Positions 51,005 through 61,703 of a DNA stretch of 63,557 bases are shown piece by piece. The number at the start of each line of letters is the position of its first letter. The first letter of the stretch is position 1. The notes under the pieces were generated by a model that had not been told where the DNA came from, made no database searches, and saw nothing but the letters and a program-made list of their open reading frames with translations. A program made the position numbers and the translations under genes. The DNA lies in contig QHCE01000055.1 of NCBI GenBank assembly GCA_003243955.1, positions 1 through 63,557 of the forward strand, written 5' to 3'. This DNA is from Acidimicrobiales bacterium. GTDB lineage: Bacteria > Actinomycetota > Actinomycetes > Mycobacteriales > QHCE01.

Positions 51005-52594
51005 ATGTTCACGGAGGCAGAAACGCTCATGAGTACGCCCGCACCCGTTCTTGTCGTAGATTTTGGTGCGCAGTATGCACAGCTTATTGCTCGACGCGTG
51101 CGTGAGCTTGATGTCTACTCCGAAATCGTGCCGCACACCTTGTCAATGAGTCAGATTGCTGCGCGCAAACCGGCGGCGATTATTCTCTCCGGCGGCCCGG
51201 CATCGGTGTACGCCGACAATGCGCCGCAACTAGATCCAGCGCTGTTTGAGCTCGGAGTGCCGATCTTGGGGATCTGTTACGGATTTCAGGCGATGACTCA
51301 GGCGCTCGGGGGTACGGTAGGGCGCGCCGAGCTTTCCGAGTACGGCCGCACCACGTTGACAGTCGGCACACCTGGCATGTGTTTGGCGCAGCTGCCTAGC
51401 CAACAGTCTGTTTGGATGAGCCACGGCAGCGCGGTCACTGCCGCGCCGCCAGAGTACGTGGTGACCGCTAGTACACCTGGTTCACCGGTTGCCGCATTTG
51501 AGCACACTGGGCGCAAAGCCGCCGGGGTGCAGTTTCATCCTGAGGTCTTGCACACCGAGTACGGCCAGCACATTCTGCGTCGATTTCTCCTTGACCTAGC
51601 CGGTATCGCCCCTAACTGGAGCACCGGCGCGATACTCGATGAGCTAGTTGCCGACATTCGAGCTCAAGTGGGCGATAAGAAAGTTATCTGTGGACTTTCT
51701 GGCGGAGTGGATTCAGCCGTGGCGGCCGCCCTTGTCCAGCGCGCTGTCGGCTCGCAGCTTAACTGCGTGTTTGTTGATCATGGTTTGTTGCGCGCCGGTG
51801 AAGCCGAGCAGGTGGAACGCGACTACGTAGCGGCCACATCGGTGAGCTTGACCGTGGTAGATGCCCGGAAACGTTTTCTTGTCGCACTTGCTGGCGTCAC
51901 AGATCCAGAAGCCAAACGCAAGATCATCGGTCGGGAATTCATTCGGGTTTTTGAAGCGGCCGAGCGTGAGCTGGTGGCGCGGGCGGGTGCCCGCGGGGAA
52001 TCGATCGAGTTCTTGGTACAGGGCACGCTCTATCCTGATGTCGTGGAGTCTGGCGGAGGTAGCGGCACAGCAAATATCAAAAGCCATCACAACGTGGGCG
52101 GTTTGCCGCCAGATCTTCGTTTTTCGCTGATAGAGCCGCTGCGGACGCTATTCAAGGATGAAGTGCGCCAGCTTGGCGTTGCGCTAGGGCTGCCGGAAGC
52201 AATGGTGTGGCGCCAGCCGTTTCCTGGTCCGGGGCTAGCAATTCGAATTGTTGGCGAAGTGACCGCGGACCGTCTGGAAACGCTGCGGGTCGCGGACACT
52301 ATTGCCCGCGAAGAGCTGACAGCCGCTGGCCTGGATCGTGAAATTTGGCAATGTCCGGTTGTATTGCTGGCTGACGTTCGTTCCGTTGGTGTGCAAGGGG
52401 ACGGACGTAGTTACGGCCATCCCATTGTGCTGAGGCCAGTATCCAGCGAAGATGCGATGACCGCGGATTGGACTCGGGTGTCGCATGAGGTTCTGGCCAG
52501 CATTTCGACTCGGATCACCAACGAGGTGTCCGAAGTCAACCGCGTTGTCCTGGATGTGACCAGTAAGCCACCTGGCACTATTGAGTGGGAGTAG
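51005..52594 (+). CDS. guaA: GMP synthase (glutamine-hydrolysing)
   Basis: [39 protein letters not shown]. Confidence 0.98.
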   Translation: MFTEAETLMSTPAPVLVVDFGAQYAQLIARRVRELDVYSEIVPHTLSMSQIAARKPAAIILSGGPASVYADNAPQLDPALFELGVPILGICYGFQAMTQALGGTVGRAELSEYGRTTLTVGTPGMCLAQLPSQQSVWMSHGSAVTAAPPEYVVTASTPGSPVAAFEHTGRKAAGVQFHPEVLHTEYGQHILRRFLLDLAGIAPNWSTGAILDELVADIRAQVGDKKVICGLSGGVDSAVAAALVQRAVGSQLNCVFVDHGLLRAGEAEQVERDYVAATSVSLTVVDARKRFLVALAGVTDPEAKRKIIGREFIRVFEAAERELVARAGARGESIEFLVQGTLYPDVVESGGGSGTANIKSHHNVGGLPPDLRFSLIEPLRTLFKDEVRQLGVALGLPEAMVWRQPFPGPGLAIRIVGEVTADRLETLRVADTIAREELTAAGLDREIWQCPVVLLADVRSVGVQGDGRSYGHPIVLRPVSSEDAMTADWTRVSHEVLASISTRITNEVSEVNRVVLDVTSKPPGTIEWE

Positions 52595-52598
52595 GGTA

Positions 52599-53570
52599 GT
52601 GGAAGCACGAAATCTGCGAGTTCGCACAGCACGTAACCCCGCACGACCCCCGCGGCAGCGCCGTTGGGGACGGGGTTTTCGACGGGGCGCTACTTTGGCG
52701 CGACGTTTTTTAGGTGTACCAGTTCGGGTGCTGCGTTCACCGGTACGTGTACTTAAGTTTCGCCGCAACACTGCGGGCAACCCGGCTGATGCGGTAACTG
52801 CCGTTGCGCAGCTGTCCCTGGCTCCACACGCTCAACCAACGCATGCTGCCATGCTCACCGGTGAGCACACTGTTGCGCGCCGGGTTCGGTTCGCACTGGT
52901 GAATCTGTGCACGCTGACTAGTGTCAGTTTGGGTATGGCCGCGGTGCTTCTCGCGGTGCGAGACCAGCTACAGATAGGTGGGTTGCTCCTGCTGGGCTGC
53001 GTATTCTTCGATGGCTTAGATGGCGCGCTGGCCCGGGCTTGGAAAGTGAGCACCCCATTTGGGATGCAGATGGATTCGCTGGCCGACATGTGTTCGTTCG
53101 GAATGGCCACTCCGGTGCTGGCCTATTTCTGGCTGGAAGACAGCAGCCCCGCCTACATGGTGGTGCCAGCCTGCATGCTTATGGGTGGCTGTGCAGCTGT
53201 CCGTCTAGCTCGCTTCAACGTCTCCCCAAAGGATGGCACATTTTTCTCGGGGGTTCCGACTACCGTGGCGGCCGGTATTGTGGTGATCTTCACGCTGGTC
53301 TTACCTAACCCCATGCCAGTGCTGCCGGTGATGGGAGTGGGAATCATCGCGCTGCTGATGGTAAGCAGCTTCCCCTACATGAAGTTGCAGCGATGCTTTG
53401 GCTTCCCTATATGGTTGTGGAGCATTCCAGCAATCGTTGCCTACTTTAGCGTCGCCGTGGCATTTGGCCTGGTCGTTATGGTGTATGTGCTGAGCGGCCC
53501 AGCTGCATGGGCGCGGCAACGCCGGGTGGTGGCGACTGCTCCGCTGCATACCCCGCCGGGGATTATCTAA
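52599..53570 (+). CDS. pssA: CDP-diacylglycerol-serine O-phosphatidyltransferase
   Basis: DGLDGALAR..FG..MDSLAD signature, RLARFN, FSGVP; near psd. Start uncertain. Confidence 0.88.
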   Translation: MEARNLRVRTARNPARPPRQRRWGRGFRRGATLARRFLGVPVRVLRSPVRVLKFRRNTAGNPADAVTAVAQLSLAPHAQPTHAAMLTGEHTVARRVRFALVNLCTLTSVSLGMAAVLLAVRDQLQIGGLLLLGCVFFDGLDGALARAWKVSTPFGMQMDSLADMCSFGMATPVLAYFWLEDSSPAYMVVPACMLMGGCAAVRLARFNVSPKDGTFFSGVPTTVAAGIVVIFTLVLPNPMPVLPVMGVGIIALLMVSSFPYMKLQRCFGFPIWLWSIPAIVAYFSVAVAFGLVVMVYVLSGPAAWARQRRVVATAPLHTPPGII

Positions 53571-53637
53571 CGATTTTCCCTGCAATCTTAGACTCCGCTA
53601 AGGGCCTGAGCTGTCTCACATGGTCAATCGCTGGGAT

Positions 53638-53904
53638 CTAGCGCTTGTTTTTGTAGACCTGACCACGCGGTTGTACGCGTATAATGTCGATGACTAGGAG
53701 GTCGTCGTAAACGTCATAGAGGACGCGCCAGCCACCGACCCTGATCCTCCAGCCGAACTTCCGGCCGGCGAGTTTGTCTACTCCTGGGGGATGTGGATCT
53801 TCGGCTAAGGCACGAATCGCCGCAGCGATTCGTTTAGCGATTTGAGAGTCGAGCTTGCCAAGGTCTTTTTCGGCGCTACGGGTGATTTCTACGCGGTAAG
53901 CCAC
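53638..53904 (-). CDS. RelE/ParE-family toxin
   Basis: YRVEITRSAEKDL, WRIRVGGWRVLY, RGQVY. Confidence 0.9.
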   Translation of the reverse strand: MAYRVEITRSAEKDLGKLDSQIAKRIAAAIRALAEDPHPPGVDKLAGRKFGWRIRVGGWRVLYDVYDDLLVIDIIRVQPRGQVYKNKR

Positions 53905-53909
53905 TAGCC

Positions 53910-54185
53910 CTATACGCCCAACTCTCGGGCAACGTCTTCGAACGGCCGCCGGGGTTCGCCATCGGCAGCCGCCATAGTTGCTACATCGTTTGCGTCTTCT
54001 AAAGCAGCGAGCGCTTCGTGGGCGAGCTCGGCGGGCATGACTGCGACCTTTTGCTGTTGGCGTCGATGTAGGTAGATCACCTTGCCGTGCTCAGCTTCAT
54101 CTATCGCACGGTCAATAGGCCCCGCGAGGTCAAACGCGGCGCTTTCGGAGTTACTTACAGGCGAGTTACTTACCGGCTGGGCCAT
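53910..54185 (-). CDS. Cognate antitoxin (Phd-like)
   Basis: Small acidic ORF directly upstream of toxin; LEDAND and PFEDVARELG. Confidence 0.75.
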   Translation of the reverse strand: MAQPVSNSPVSNSESAAFDLAGPIDRAIDEAEHGKVIYLHRRQQQKVAVMPAELAHEALAALEDANDVATMAAADGEPRRPFEDVARELGV

Positions 54186-54244
54186 GCCTCCATCGTAAAC
54201 GAAGACACCACAGTTAGCGCACTCTGGCAGTATCTTGTTTGGTT

Positions 54245-54976
54245 TTAGCGCTTCCAACGTGCGATGATGGTTTCGCCGCCCAGCACCCGGTCTCCCACAG
54301 CGACGCAAGGCAGTGCCGCGCCGACTGGTAAGTAGACATCGGTGCGGGAGCCGAACCGGATTAGGCCAAAGCGCTCCCCAGCGTTCAACCGTTTCCCCAC
54401 CTGGGCTCTATTTACTATCCGCCGTGCGACCAGCCCGCTTCGCTGCGCTACGCCGACCTTGCCGCGGGATGTTTCTAGCAGCGTGTACTGCGCCACATTG
54501 TGCTCAGCACCGCTGGTCTGGGCAGCCGCATAGCCGCCTACTGATTCGGTGATTGCCAGCACTCGACCCGAGACCGGCGAGCGATTGACGTGTACATCCA
54601 GTACAGACAAGAACACCGCGATGCGTAGCCACTCGCCAGCGCCTAGTCGCTCATCGGTGACGTGTCCGATGGAGAGTACGCGGCCATCTGCCGCGGCCAC
54701 CACGGCGTCGGAATCGGTGGGAGTGCGTCGAGTTGGGTCGCGGAAGAACGCTGTGACTGGAACGGCGGCCGCGGCCGGCAGCAGCCATGCTCGAGACCAC
54801 GGCAGCACCGTCTTGGCGACCAACGCCACACCAGTGAGCAGCGCGGCGGCGGCAATACCGTTAACGTCTACCCCCATGTTTGGGGTGAGCTGCACGCGCG
54901 TCTTCCGACCCGATATTAACCCAACGACAGTTCCACTGAAACGAAAAAACCGACGTGCGGCAGGGTAAGGGCTCAT
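54245..54976 (-). CDS. psd: Phosphatidylserine decarboxylase proenzyme
   Basis: FFRDP.R, AADGRV, FLSVLDVHVNRSP, RFGSRTD cleavage motif. Confidence 0.95.
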   Translation of the reverse strand: MSPYPAARRFFRFSGTVVGLISGRKTRVQLTPNMGVDVNGIAAAALLTGVALVAKTVLPWSRAWLLPAAAAVPVTAFFRDPTRRTPTDSDAVVAAADGRVLSIGHVTDERLGAGEWLRIAVFLSVLDVHVNRSPVSGRVLAITESVGGYAAAQTSGAEHNVAQYTLLETSRGKVGVAQRSGLVARRIVNRAQVGKRLNAGERFGLIRFGSRTDVYLPVGAALPCVAVGDRVLGGETIIARWKR

Positions 54977-54994
54977 CGCTATAGATGCTACCGC

Positions 54995-55056
54995 GACGTT
55001 TTCAGGGAAAACGTCGCGGTACGGGTGCTTTTTAGGACGTTTTCCCTGAAAACGTC
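54995..55056. repeat. Paired 21-bp palindrome doublet E
   Basis: gacgttttc-agg-gaaaacgtc (54995-55015) + 20 bp + gacgttttc-cct-gaaaacgtc (55036-55056). Confidence 0.88.
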
Positions 55057-55089
55057 GTTAGGCGTGGCGCTGTGGCTTTGCTCAGCAGC

Positions 55090-55804
55090 TGGGCTGCACG
55101 ATAAAGTCATGCACACTCTGGCGCTAATTCAGCGTCGCGCCGACGATCCGCGCGAGGTCTCCCGCATTGCTCGCGGCCAGGAACGGGAACTTCGGAGCTG
55201 GCTATATGGAACCGCAGCCGCAGCCGCCGTCGATCAGCAGTTTAGTGCGGCGATGCAAGCCGTAGCCGCGGAAGTCGAAGATGCTTACGCGGTCACAGTA
55301 GAAACTGTTGTAGTTGGCGATGTCGGGCTCGATGAGTCGACCCATGCTTTGGTTGCGGCAACTCGGGAGGCGCTACTGAACGCGGCTAAGCACGCTGAGG
55401 TCACCAAGATCTCGCCATACGCCGAGGTTGCTGCCGGGGCTGAGGGGATAAGCGTGTATGTCCGTGACCGTGGCGTCGGGTTTGAGCTTGCGACGGTGCC
55501 GGCTGATCGTCACGGTGTGCACCATTCGATCATCGAGCGAATGCGACTTGCTGGCTTCGTGCTCGATGCCTTTACATATGGTGATCCTGCCGCGTCATCT
55601 GATGGCGAGCTTGACATGCTGACCGCACGAGAGCGAGAGGTGATGCGGCTACTGGCCGGGGGTATGCCTATAAAGAGATCGCAGCAGAGCTGTTCATCTC
55701 GATCAAGACGGTAGAGAGTCACTCCTCCGCGGTGCTTGCGCAAACTTCAGCTTTCTAGTCGGTACGAGCTGTCTCGCTGGGCCGTGGATCGAAAGATCGT
55801 TTAA
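55090..55804 (+). pseudogene. Fused remnant of a sensor histidine kinase and LuxR-type response regulator
   Basis: LHD..HTLALIQR, REALLNAAKHA, VRDRGVGF, then abruptly LAGFVLDAF..LTAREREVMRLLA; HTH (GYAYKEIA..LFISIKTVESH, RKLQLSSRYEL) continues through two frameshifts. Confidence 0.85.
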
Positions 55805-56445
55805 CTTTCCTAGCGGGTATGGCGGTAGTCCTTAGACGGGGGTAAGAATTCCAGCGGATGGTGGCCTGATTCCCTCGCCCGGAGAATCAGGCCAAAAACA
55901 CCATTAAATTCGCAGACCCTGGCAGGACGCCTGAGGTGAACCGCTAGGAGTACAGGTCCACGATCAGCTGATCATCGAGTCGCACGGAGTACTACACGTC
56001 GATCTGTGCTCAGTGCGGCGACCTGCGCCGTGGCCCTGCATTCCCACCTCTACGAGTTAGAGTCGCCTCCCGGCTAATGAATTCGGTGTTGTGATCATCG
56101 CGGCAACTTCTGAGAACGTGGAATTGTGTTACAAGTCGATTACGCTGGCTTATTGCGCCCAACACCCCTCGCCCATAGCCTAGCTGCAGGTTAGACCGCC
56201 CAACGGGTGCTATATGGCGCGAAACTGCCGCGTGCCTCCACTGCATAATGCCCCCAGCCGGGTCCTCGGCTGGGGGGTAGCTAGATATTATCGTTGTGTG
56301 TAGCGAAATAGGCGGGATGCCGGTAACACTGAGAATGAGTCGCCGTCAGCGGATCGTGTTGTCCGACGAGGCTTTAATAACCGGCAGCATGATGTTTGGG
56401 TCCACGTGTTGCCACGTATCGAAATGTTTGCATCGGGGGTGAGCA

Positions 56446-58290
56446 TTGACGTTAGCCGCGTCTGCCGGCGAATCGCACGGCTTTCCGATCTCTCCTGTGT
56501 CCTCAACTTCTGTGTCTCCAACTTCTGTGCACACAACTTCTGTGTCTCCACCGCGCCCGGCGGGCTCGAGTCAGCAGGCGCTTAACATCACTGGCCTGCT
56601 GCGCGCACATAGAGTGCACCATCCGCGAGCCGATACCCGAGCTATTCGCCGGGCATACCGGGTGGCGCACCGAGCGCACGAGGGGCAGACACGCAAAAGT
56701 GGCGAGCCGTACATCACCCATCCCCTCGCGGTGGCGCTCATCCTCGCCGAGCTGGGCATGGACACAACCACGCTCATCGCCGCGCTGCTGCACGATACCG
56801 TTGAGGACACCCCCTACACCCTCGGCCAGCTCTCTCATGACTTCGGTACCGATGTTGCCCACCTTGTTGATGGCGTCACCAAACTCGACAAGGTGCGCTT
56901 TGGCGGGATCGCGGAGGCCGAGACTGTACGAAAGCTGCTCCTAGCCGCCGGTAGAGATGTTCGCGTCTTTGTGATCAAGCTTGCCGATCGGCTGCACAAC
57001 ATGCGCACGCTCGGCGCTAAATCTGCCGCGTCTCGCCGACGTATCGCCACGGTTACCCGAGATATTTTAATTCCGTTGGCTGGACGGCTCGGCGTGCAGG
57101 CAATCAAGCGGGAGCTCGAGGATTTGGTGCTAGCCGCGCTAGAGCCAGAAACTTACGCCACGATCCAACGAGAAGTCGCTGCACGGGAATCGCCGCGCCG
57201 GGCCTACATGGCGCAGTTAGTGGCGCAGCTTGCCGACGCTCTGCGGACTGACTCGATCAGCGCCCGCATCCTAGATCGCCCGCGGCACTACACATCTATT
57301 GCCGAGCGAATTATGGTGAGCGAGGAAGCATCTGGTCCGGTGCGAGCGCTCCACGACGATCCGCGCGTGGTCTTAGTGGTATCTGGGAACTCCGATGAGT
57401 GCTACGCGGCCCTAGGCGTTGTGCATGGAACGTGGCGACCGGTGGCCGGTAGATTCAAAGACTTTATTGCCACCCCAAAATTCAACCTGTACAAATCGCT
57501 GCATACGACGGTGCTAGGACCAGAGCATCGACCGGTGGACATCTTAATTCGTACTGAACACATGCACCTGATTGGTGAAGCCGGCATCGCGGCTCGATGT
57601 CGGCCACCTAATCGAGGGCAGGGCCGCATAGCATTGGCACTGCGGCCCCGTTCGGCCAGACGCACCAGCGAAGCCGCGACGCAAACCTGGCTGGGCGAGA
57701 CCGCTGAGCTAGATTGGCTGCAGCAGATGCTCGACTGGCAACACCAGACCAGCGCGGACCAGTTTCTCGAGTCATTACAGTTCGACCTCGCCGACCACGA
57801 AATCTCCATTTTCACTACCGATGGTCAATCGTTGACTCTTCCAGTCCGATCCACACCAGTAGATGTGGCTTACGCGCTGGGGTCAGAGAGTGGTGATCAA
57901 TGTATTGGCGCGCGCGTCAATGGCCAGCTCGCTCCGCTTTCAGCACCGCTAGCAGCCGGCGACGTAGTAGAGGTGCTGACCTCGCAGTATGGTGGCCCCG
58001 AGCGCGAATGGTTGGAGTTTGTGCGCAGCTCACGCGCCCACGTTCAGATTCAGCAGTGGTTCGCCGAACATGAAGTCGCCACGCTAAAGGCGCGTCGACT
58101 AGGTAAGCGGGTCATCGTCGAAGCTATGGTGGCCGCTGAGCGGGTACTGATGTATGAGCAGCCATTGGTCGCCGTCGCCAGCGTTCTGGGGCTCAGCGAC
58201 GTGGACGCACTGTATGTGGCCGTGTACGAAGGAAAAATTTCCGCCCCTGACGTAGTGGAACGCCTCATCGCCATGGTGGATACCGGCTAA
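56446..58290 (+). CDS. RelA/SpoT-family paralogue (HD hydrolase, degenerate synthetase, TGS; no ACT)
   Basis: GQTRKSGEPYITHP, LHDTVED, KLADRLHNMRT, TPVDVAY. Start uncertain. Confidence 0.9.
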   Translation: MTLAASAGESHGFPISPVSSTSVSPTSVHTTSVSPPRPAGSSQQALNITGLLRAHRVHHPRADTRAIRRAYRVAHRAHEGQTRKSGEPYITHPLAVALILAELGMDTTTLIAALLHDTVEDTPYTLGQLSHDFGTDVAHLVDGVTKLDKVRFGGIAEAETVRKLLLAAGRDVRVFVIKLADRLHNMRTLGAKSAASRRRIATVTRDILIPLAGRLGVQAIKRELEDLVLAALEPETYATIQREVAARESPRRAYMAQLVAQLADALRTDSISARILDRPRHYTSIAERIMVSEEASGPVRALHDDPRVVLVVSGNSDECYAALGVVHGTWRPVAGRFKDFIATPKFNLYKSLHTTVLGPEHRPVDILIRTEHMHLIGEAGIAARCRPPNRGQGRIALALRPRSARRTSEAATQTWLGETAELDWLQQMLDWQHQTSADQFLESLQFDLADHEISIFTTDGQSLTLPVRSTPVDVAYALGSESGDQCIGARVNGQLAPLSAPLAAGDVVEVLTSQYGGPEREWLEFVRSSRAHVQIQQWFAEHEVATLKARRLGKRVIVEAMVAAERVLMYEQPLVAVASVLGLSDVDALYVAVYEGKISAPDVVERLIAMVDTG

Positions 58291-58322
58291 GTTCCTTACA
58301 TCATGAAAAGGAAAGGAACATC

Positions 58323-58808
58323 ATGAGCTTTCCGGAGCGGCTGCTTACCGAAGACGAATCTGTGGTCATTCACCAGCACCCGCATTGGAAAGCACTATTT
58401 TGGCCAGTGCTGGGGCTGCTGCTGATCTGTGCCGTAATGGGATTTGGACTGGCGTGGTTTAGCGCACCAGCTGCCCAACTGGTTGTTGGTTTGGTGGCAC
58501 TTCTTGCGGCCAGCTACATATTTCTCCGGCCGCTGCTGCGCTGGGTGAGTACCCATTTCGTGCTCACAACCCATCGAGTACTGACGCGGCAAGGAATTCT
58601 CTACCGCAAAGGCCGCGATGTTCCGCTATCGCGCATTAACGATGTCTCGTTTGAACACTCGCTATTTGAACGGATTCTGGGCTGCGGCACCTTAGTGGTC
58701 GAGTCAGCGGGGGAGCGTGGCCAGATCACCCTGACCGACGTGCCGCGCGTGGAATACGTGCAGACGACGCTATATCGGTTGATGGAAACCGCCGAACTCC
58801 GGGCGTAG
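58323..58808 (+). CDS. Bacterial PH-domain membrane protein
   Basis: HPHWK, 2 TM, PLSRINDVSF..RILGCGTLVVESAGE. Confidence 0.88.
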   Translation: MSFPERLLTEDESVVIHQHPHWKALFWPVLGLLLICAVMGFGLAWFSAPAAQLVVGLVALLAASYIFLRPLLRWVSTHFVLTTHRVLTRQGILYRKGRDVPLSRINDVSFEHSLFERILGCGTLVVESAGERGQITLTDVPRVEYVQTTLYRLMETAELRA

Positions 58809-58907
58809 GGCGGTCCAATCGGCCCCTGCCGGCGTTCTCGTCGCCTTGCGTGCCTCTAAGCACGCGGCGGCTCCTGCGGCCTTGGCAGGAACCAATTGGA
58901 CCGCCCT
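58807..58907 (+). repeat. ~100-bp structured dispersed element, copy 3
   Basis: Terminal IR agggcggtccaat / attggaccgccct with shared core; between convergent genes. Confidence 0.88.
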
Positions 58908-58912
58908 TGGGT

Positions 58913-59416
58913 TTAGACCGAGATCAGATCGTTTTTGGAATTCGGTGGTTCCTGCGGGAGCTTGGCCCCAGCGTCGGCGGTTAGCCATATCCAGCGGCGG
59001 TAGGACCAGAATCGGAATACCATGGCGACACCGATGCCGAACATGTTGGCCGCGTTGAGTAGCAGTGCGTCTGTGCTGTCAAAACCATATTTGGCTAGCG
59101 CGACCGATCCGGCTTGGATGGCAAGCCCCACCGCGTTGAAGAGCAGGAACAGTACCGTTTCCCGGTGGAGCTGCTGCCGTTTCCGATGCCGGAACGCCCA
59201 ATGTCGATTCATCACGTAGGCGCCAGCGGTCGCGATGAGCGACGCCACGATTTTCGTTTTCACCTCAGAGTTGGGAAACGCCAAGTTCAACAGATTCCAT
59301 AGCCCAACATCGACCACGGTATTGATCACACCAATAGTTCCGAATTTGGCAAATTCACGAGTGGTCTGTTGAAACCGGCGTCGGCCGTGCTCGAGCGCCT
59401 GATGCAGTAACTTCAC
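58913..59416 (-). CDS. GtrA-family membrane protein
   Basis: EFAKFGTIG, NRHWAF, FRFWSYRRW; usual position divergent from purK. Confidence 0.88.
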   Translation of the reverse strand: MKLLHQALEHGRRRFQQTTREFAKFGTIGVINTVVDVGLWNLLNLAFPNSEVKTKIVASLIATAGAYVMNRHWAFRHRKRQQLHRETVLFLLFNAVGLAIQAGSVALAKYGFDSTDALLLNAANMFGIGVAMVFRFWSYRRWIWLTADAGAKLPQEPPNSKNDLISV

Positions 59417-59489
59417 CCGTTGAGCATACTTGAGCGGGAAAGCGGAGCTGTTCCGCCGGGGGGATAGCGAGCCCAATAAGCTAACTCCC

Positions 59490-60686
59490 GTGACCGATCC
59501 TTGTGTGCCTTCTGACCAGCTCCCCACGATCGCCATGGTGGGAGCCGGGCAGTTAGCTCGCATGACGCAGCAAGCGGCGATCTCGCTCGGGCTGTCGTTG
59601 CGCATACTGGCCGGCGCCGCTGATGAGTCCGCCGCGCTCGTGGCCGCGGGTGCACAGCTGGGGGACGGGTCTGATCTGGAAACGCTGCGCGGCTTTGCCC
59701 GCGGCGCCGACGTGTTGACATTTGACCACGAACACGTCCCGTTGTCGGTAGTGAATGCCCTACAGGCCGACGGTGTGCGGGTATTTCCGGCGGCGCATGC
59801 ACTGCGCTACGCCCAAGACAAACTTGCCATGCGGGAACGATTGGGTGCGGCGGGTTTCCCCAGCCCTAAGTTTCGCGCGGTCGCCGACGTTGACCAGCTG
59901 TTGGCCTGCGGGCAGACCTTTGGTTGGCCGCTGATCGTGAAGACGCCAAGCGGGGGCTACGACGGCAAAGGCGTGTGGCAGGTGAGCGATGCGGCAGCCG
60001 CGCGAGAGCAGCTCGTACCGCTGTTTAGCGAGCATCCGCGGCTGCTCGTGGAGGAGCGAGTGGCGATGCGGCGAGAGCTCTCGGCGGTGGTGGCTCGCTC
60101 CCCGTACGGGCAGGTGGCGTGCTGGCCGGTGACCGAAACCGTGCAGCATGACGGCATTTGCGTGCAAACTCTCACCCCCGCGCCGGGGCTCTCCGATGAG
60201 CGAGCGGAGGAGATTACACGGCTGGCGATTTCGATCGCAACGGAGCTGGATGTGGTGGGCGTGCTGGCTGTGGAGTTTTTTGATATTGGCAGCGGGGTGC
60301 TGATCAACGAACTCGCGATGCGACCGCACAACTCCGCGCACTGGACCATTGAGGGCGCCCGCACCAGCCAGTTCGAGCAACACCTACGAGCGGTGCTGGA
60401 TTACCCGTTAGGCAGCACCGCGCTCACCGCCCCGGCCGTGGTGATGGCCAACGTGCTCGCTGGGGAGCTGCCGCCCGGCACGCCGAGCCTCGACGAGCGG
60501 CTGCATCACCTGTTCGCGCACGACCCGGCGGCGAGAGTGCATCTATACGGCAAATCGCCACGTGCCGGGCGCAAGGTTGGTCACGTCACCGTGCTCGCTG
60601 AATCACCTGACGATTCTGTGAGCGCACTCCGAGCACGCGCAAACGCCGCGGCCCAATGGTTGGGCCACGGCGTTTCGCTTACCTAG
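59490..60686 (+). CDS. purK: N5-carboxyaminoimidazole ribonucleotide synthase
   Basis: GAGQLARM, TFDHEHV, GGYDGKG, NELAMRPHNS, RKVGHV. Confidence 0.96.
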   Translation: MTDPCVPSDQLPTIAMVGAGQLARMTQQAAISLGLSLRILAGAADESAALVAAGAQLGDGSDLETLRGFARGADVLTFDHEHVPLSVVNALQADGVRVFPAAHALRYAQDKLAMRERLGAAGFPSPKFRAVADVDQLLACGQTFGWPLIVKTPSGGYDGKGVWQVSDAAAAREQLVPLFSEHPRLLVEERVAMRRELSAVVARSPYGQVACWPVTETVQHDGICVQTLTPAPGLSDERAEEITRLAISIATELDVVGVLAVEFFDIGSGVLINELAMRPHNSAHWTIEGARTSQFEQHLRAVLDYPLGSTALTAPAVVMANVLAGELPPGTPSLDERLHHLFAHDPAARVHLYGKSPRAGRKVGHVTVLAESPDDSVSALRARANAAAQWLGHGVSLT

Positions 60687-60728
60687 AACTCCGTGCTGCG
60701 ATAGTTACCTGGCGGCTACTGCGGCAGA

Positions 60729-61703
60729 TTAATGCCCACGACCACATACCGGCCAGGCTCCCATGCCCTGGGTTTTCTTTACATTTTCGGCGACCCGGAT
60801 TTGCTCCGCCTGACTGGCACCTGCAGGATTGCCTGCGCCACCGTTATCATGCCAGGTGCTTGGGAGGAACTGTAGCCCACCGAAGTACCCGTTACCGGTG
60901 TTGGTGCTCCAGTTTCCGCCGGACTCGCACTGGGCGACTGCACCCCAGTTAGTGCCGGATGAGCCGCCCCCGGGCGCCACTGGTGGTGCTGGGCGCCGCG
61001 GTGCTGCTGGCCGTCCCGGCCGTGCCGGTGCTAGCGGCGACGCGGCGTCTCCGCTGGGATTTACTCCTGGCTGGTAGCGGGATGGCCGATGTCCTCTGCC
61101 GCCGTTCCCGGGCTGCCCTGGCCCTCCGCCAGGTGGGTAGCCGGGCTGTCCTTGCTCTTGTCCTCTGCCGGATGGGTAACCACTGTGCCGCCCGCGCCCT
61201 CCGCGAGGATCCTGACCCCGTCCATCTGGTGGGGGCGCCACCTCTCCGGAGGACCCTGGCCGGTAATTATCCGGCCCCCCTTGCTGATCACCATTGGAGG
61301 AGCCTCCTCTGCGGGAGTTCCCTCGCCTCCCATGCCCCGAGCCGCCGTGGCCGCGGCTACCGCGGAACTCCTCGGTCTGGTCACCGGCACTGTTGTCATC
61401 GAGCACTGCAGCTTGCTGCTCACCAACACCGTTGCTACTCAGCGTTTCGGCTTGCTGGTCATCGACGTTGTTGTCATCGAGTGAATCGGCTTGCTGATCG
61501 TCGGCGCTGCTGGTGTAGCCGGGTGAGGATATGGCCTTAACTAGATTCGTTGGTGATGTCGCCGACTTGAGCATCGGCTGCTGATCTGAGCTCACCGCGG
61601 TCACTGGAGTAAGAGAATCTGGGGGTTCGCTGGAGTGGGAGGGGCCCTGGTTGGCCATCGCCGCGGCAACTACGGCTGCCACTAACGCGGATAACTTACT
61701 CAT
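60729..61703 (-). CDS. Resuscitation-promoting factor (C-terminal Rpf domain, long low-complexity linker)
   Basis: [36 protein letters not shown]; signal-like N-terminus. Start uncertain. Confidence 0.92.
   Translation of the reverse strand: MSKLSALVAAVVAAAMANQGPSHSSEPPDSLTPVTAVSSDQQPMLKSATSPTNLVKAISSPGYTSSADDQQADSLDDNNVDDQQAETLSSNGVGEQQAAVLDDNSAGDQTEEFRGSRGHGGSGHGRRGNSRRGGSSNGDQQGGPDNYRPGSSGEVAPPPDGRGQDPRGGRGRHSGYPSGRGQEQGQPGYPPGGGPGQPGNGGRGHRPSRYQPGVNPSGDAASPLAPARPGRPAAPRRPAPPVAPGGGSSGTNWGAVAQCESGGNWSTNTGNGYFGGLQFLPSTWHDNGGAGNPAGASQAEQIRVAENVKKTQGMGAWPVCGRGH

Noticed and set aside
55944..56010. Minus-strand peptide AQIDV*YSVRLDDQLIVDLYS* resembling the RpsD C-terminus
   Set aside because: About 20 codons with an internal stop and no upstream similarity; may be chance.
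55862..56277. Hairpins at ~55862-55893 and ~56251-56276 as an ncRNA in the 640-bp intergenic gap
   Set aside because: Isolated stems without a recognisable family or U-tract; insufficient evidence.
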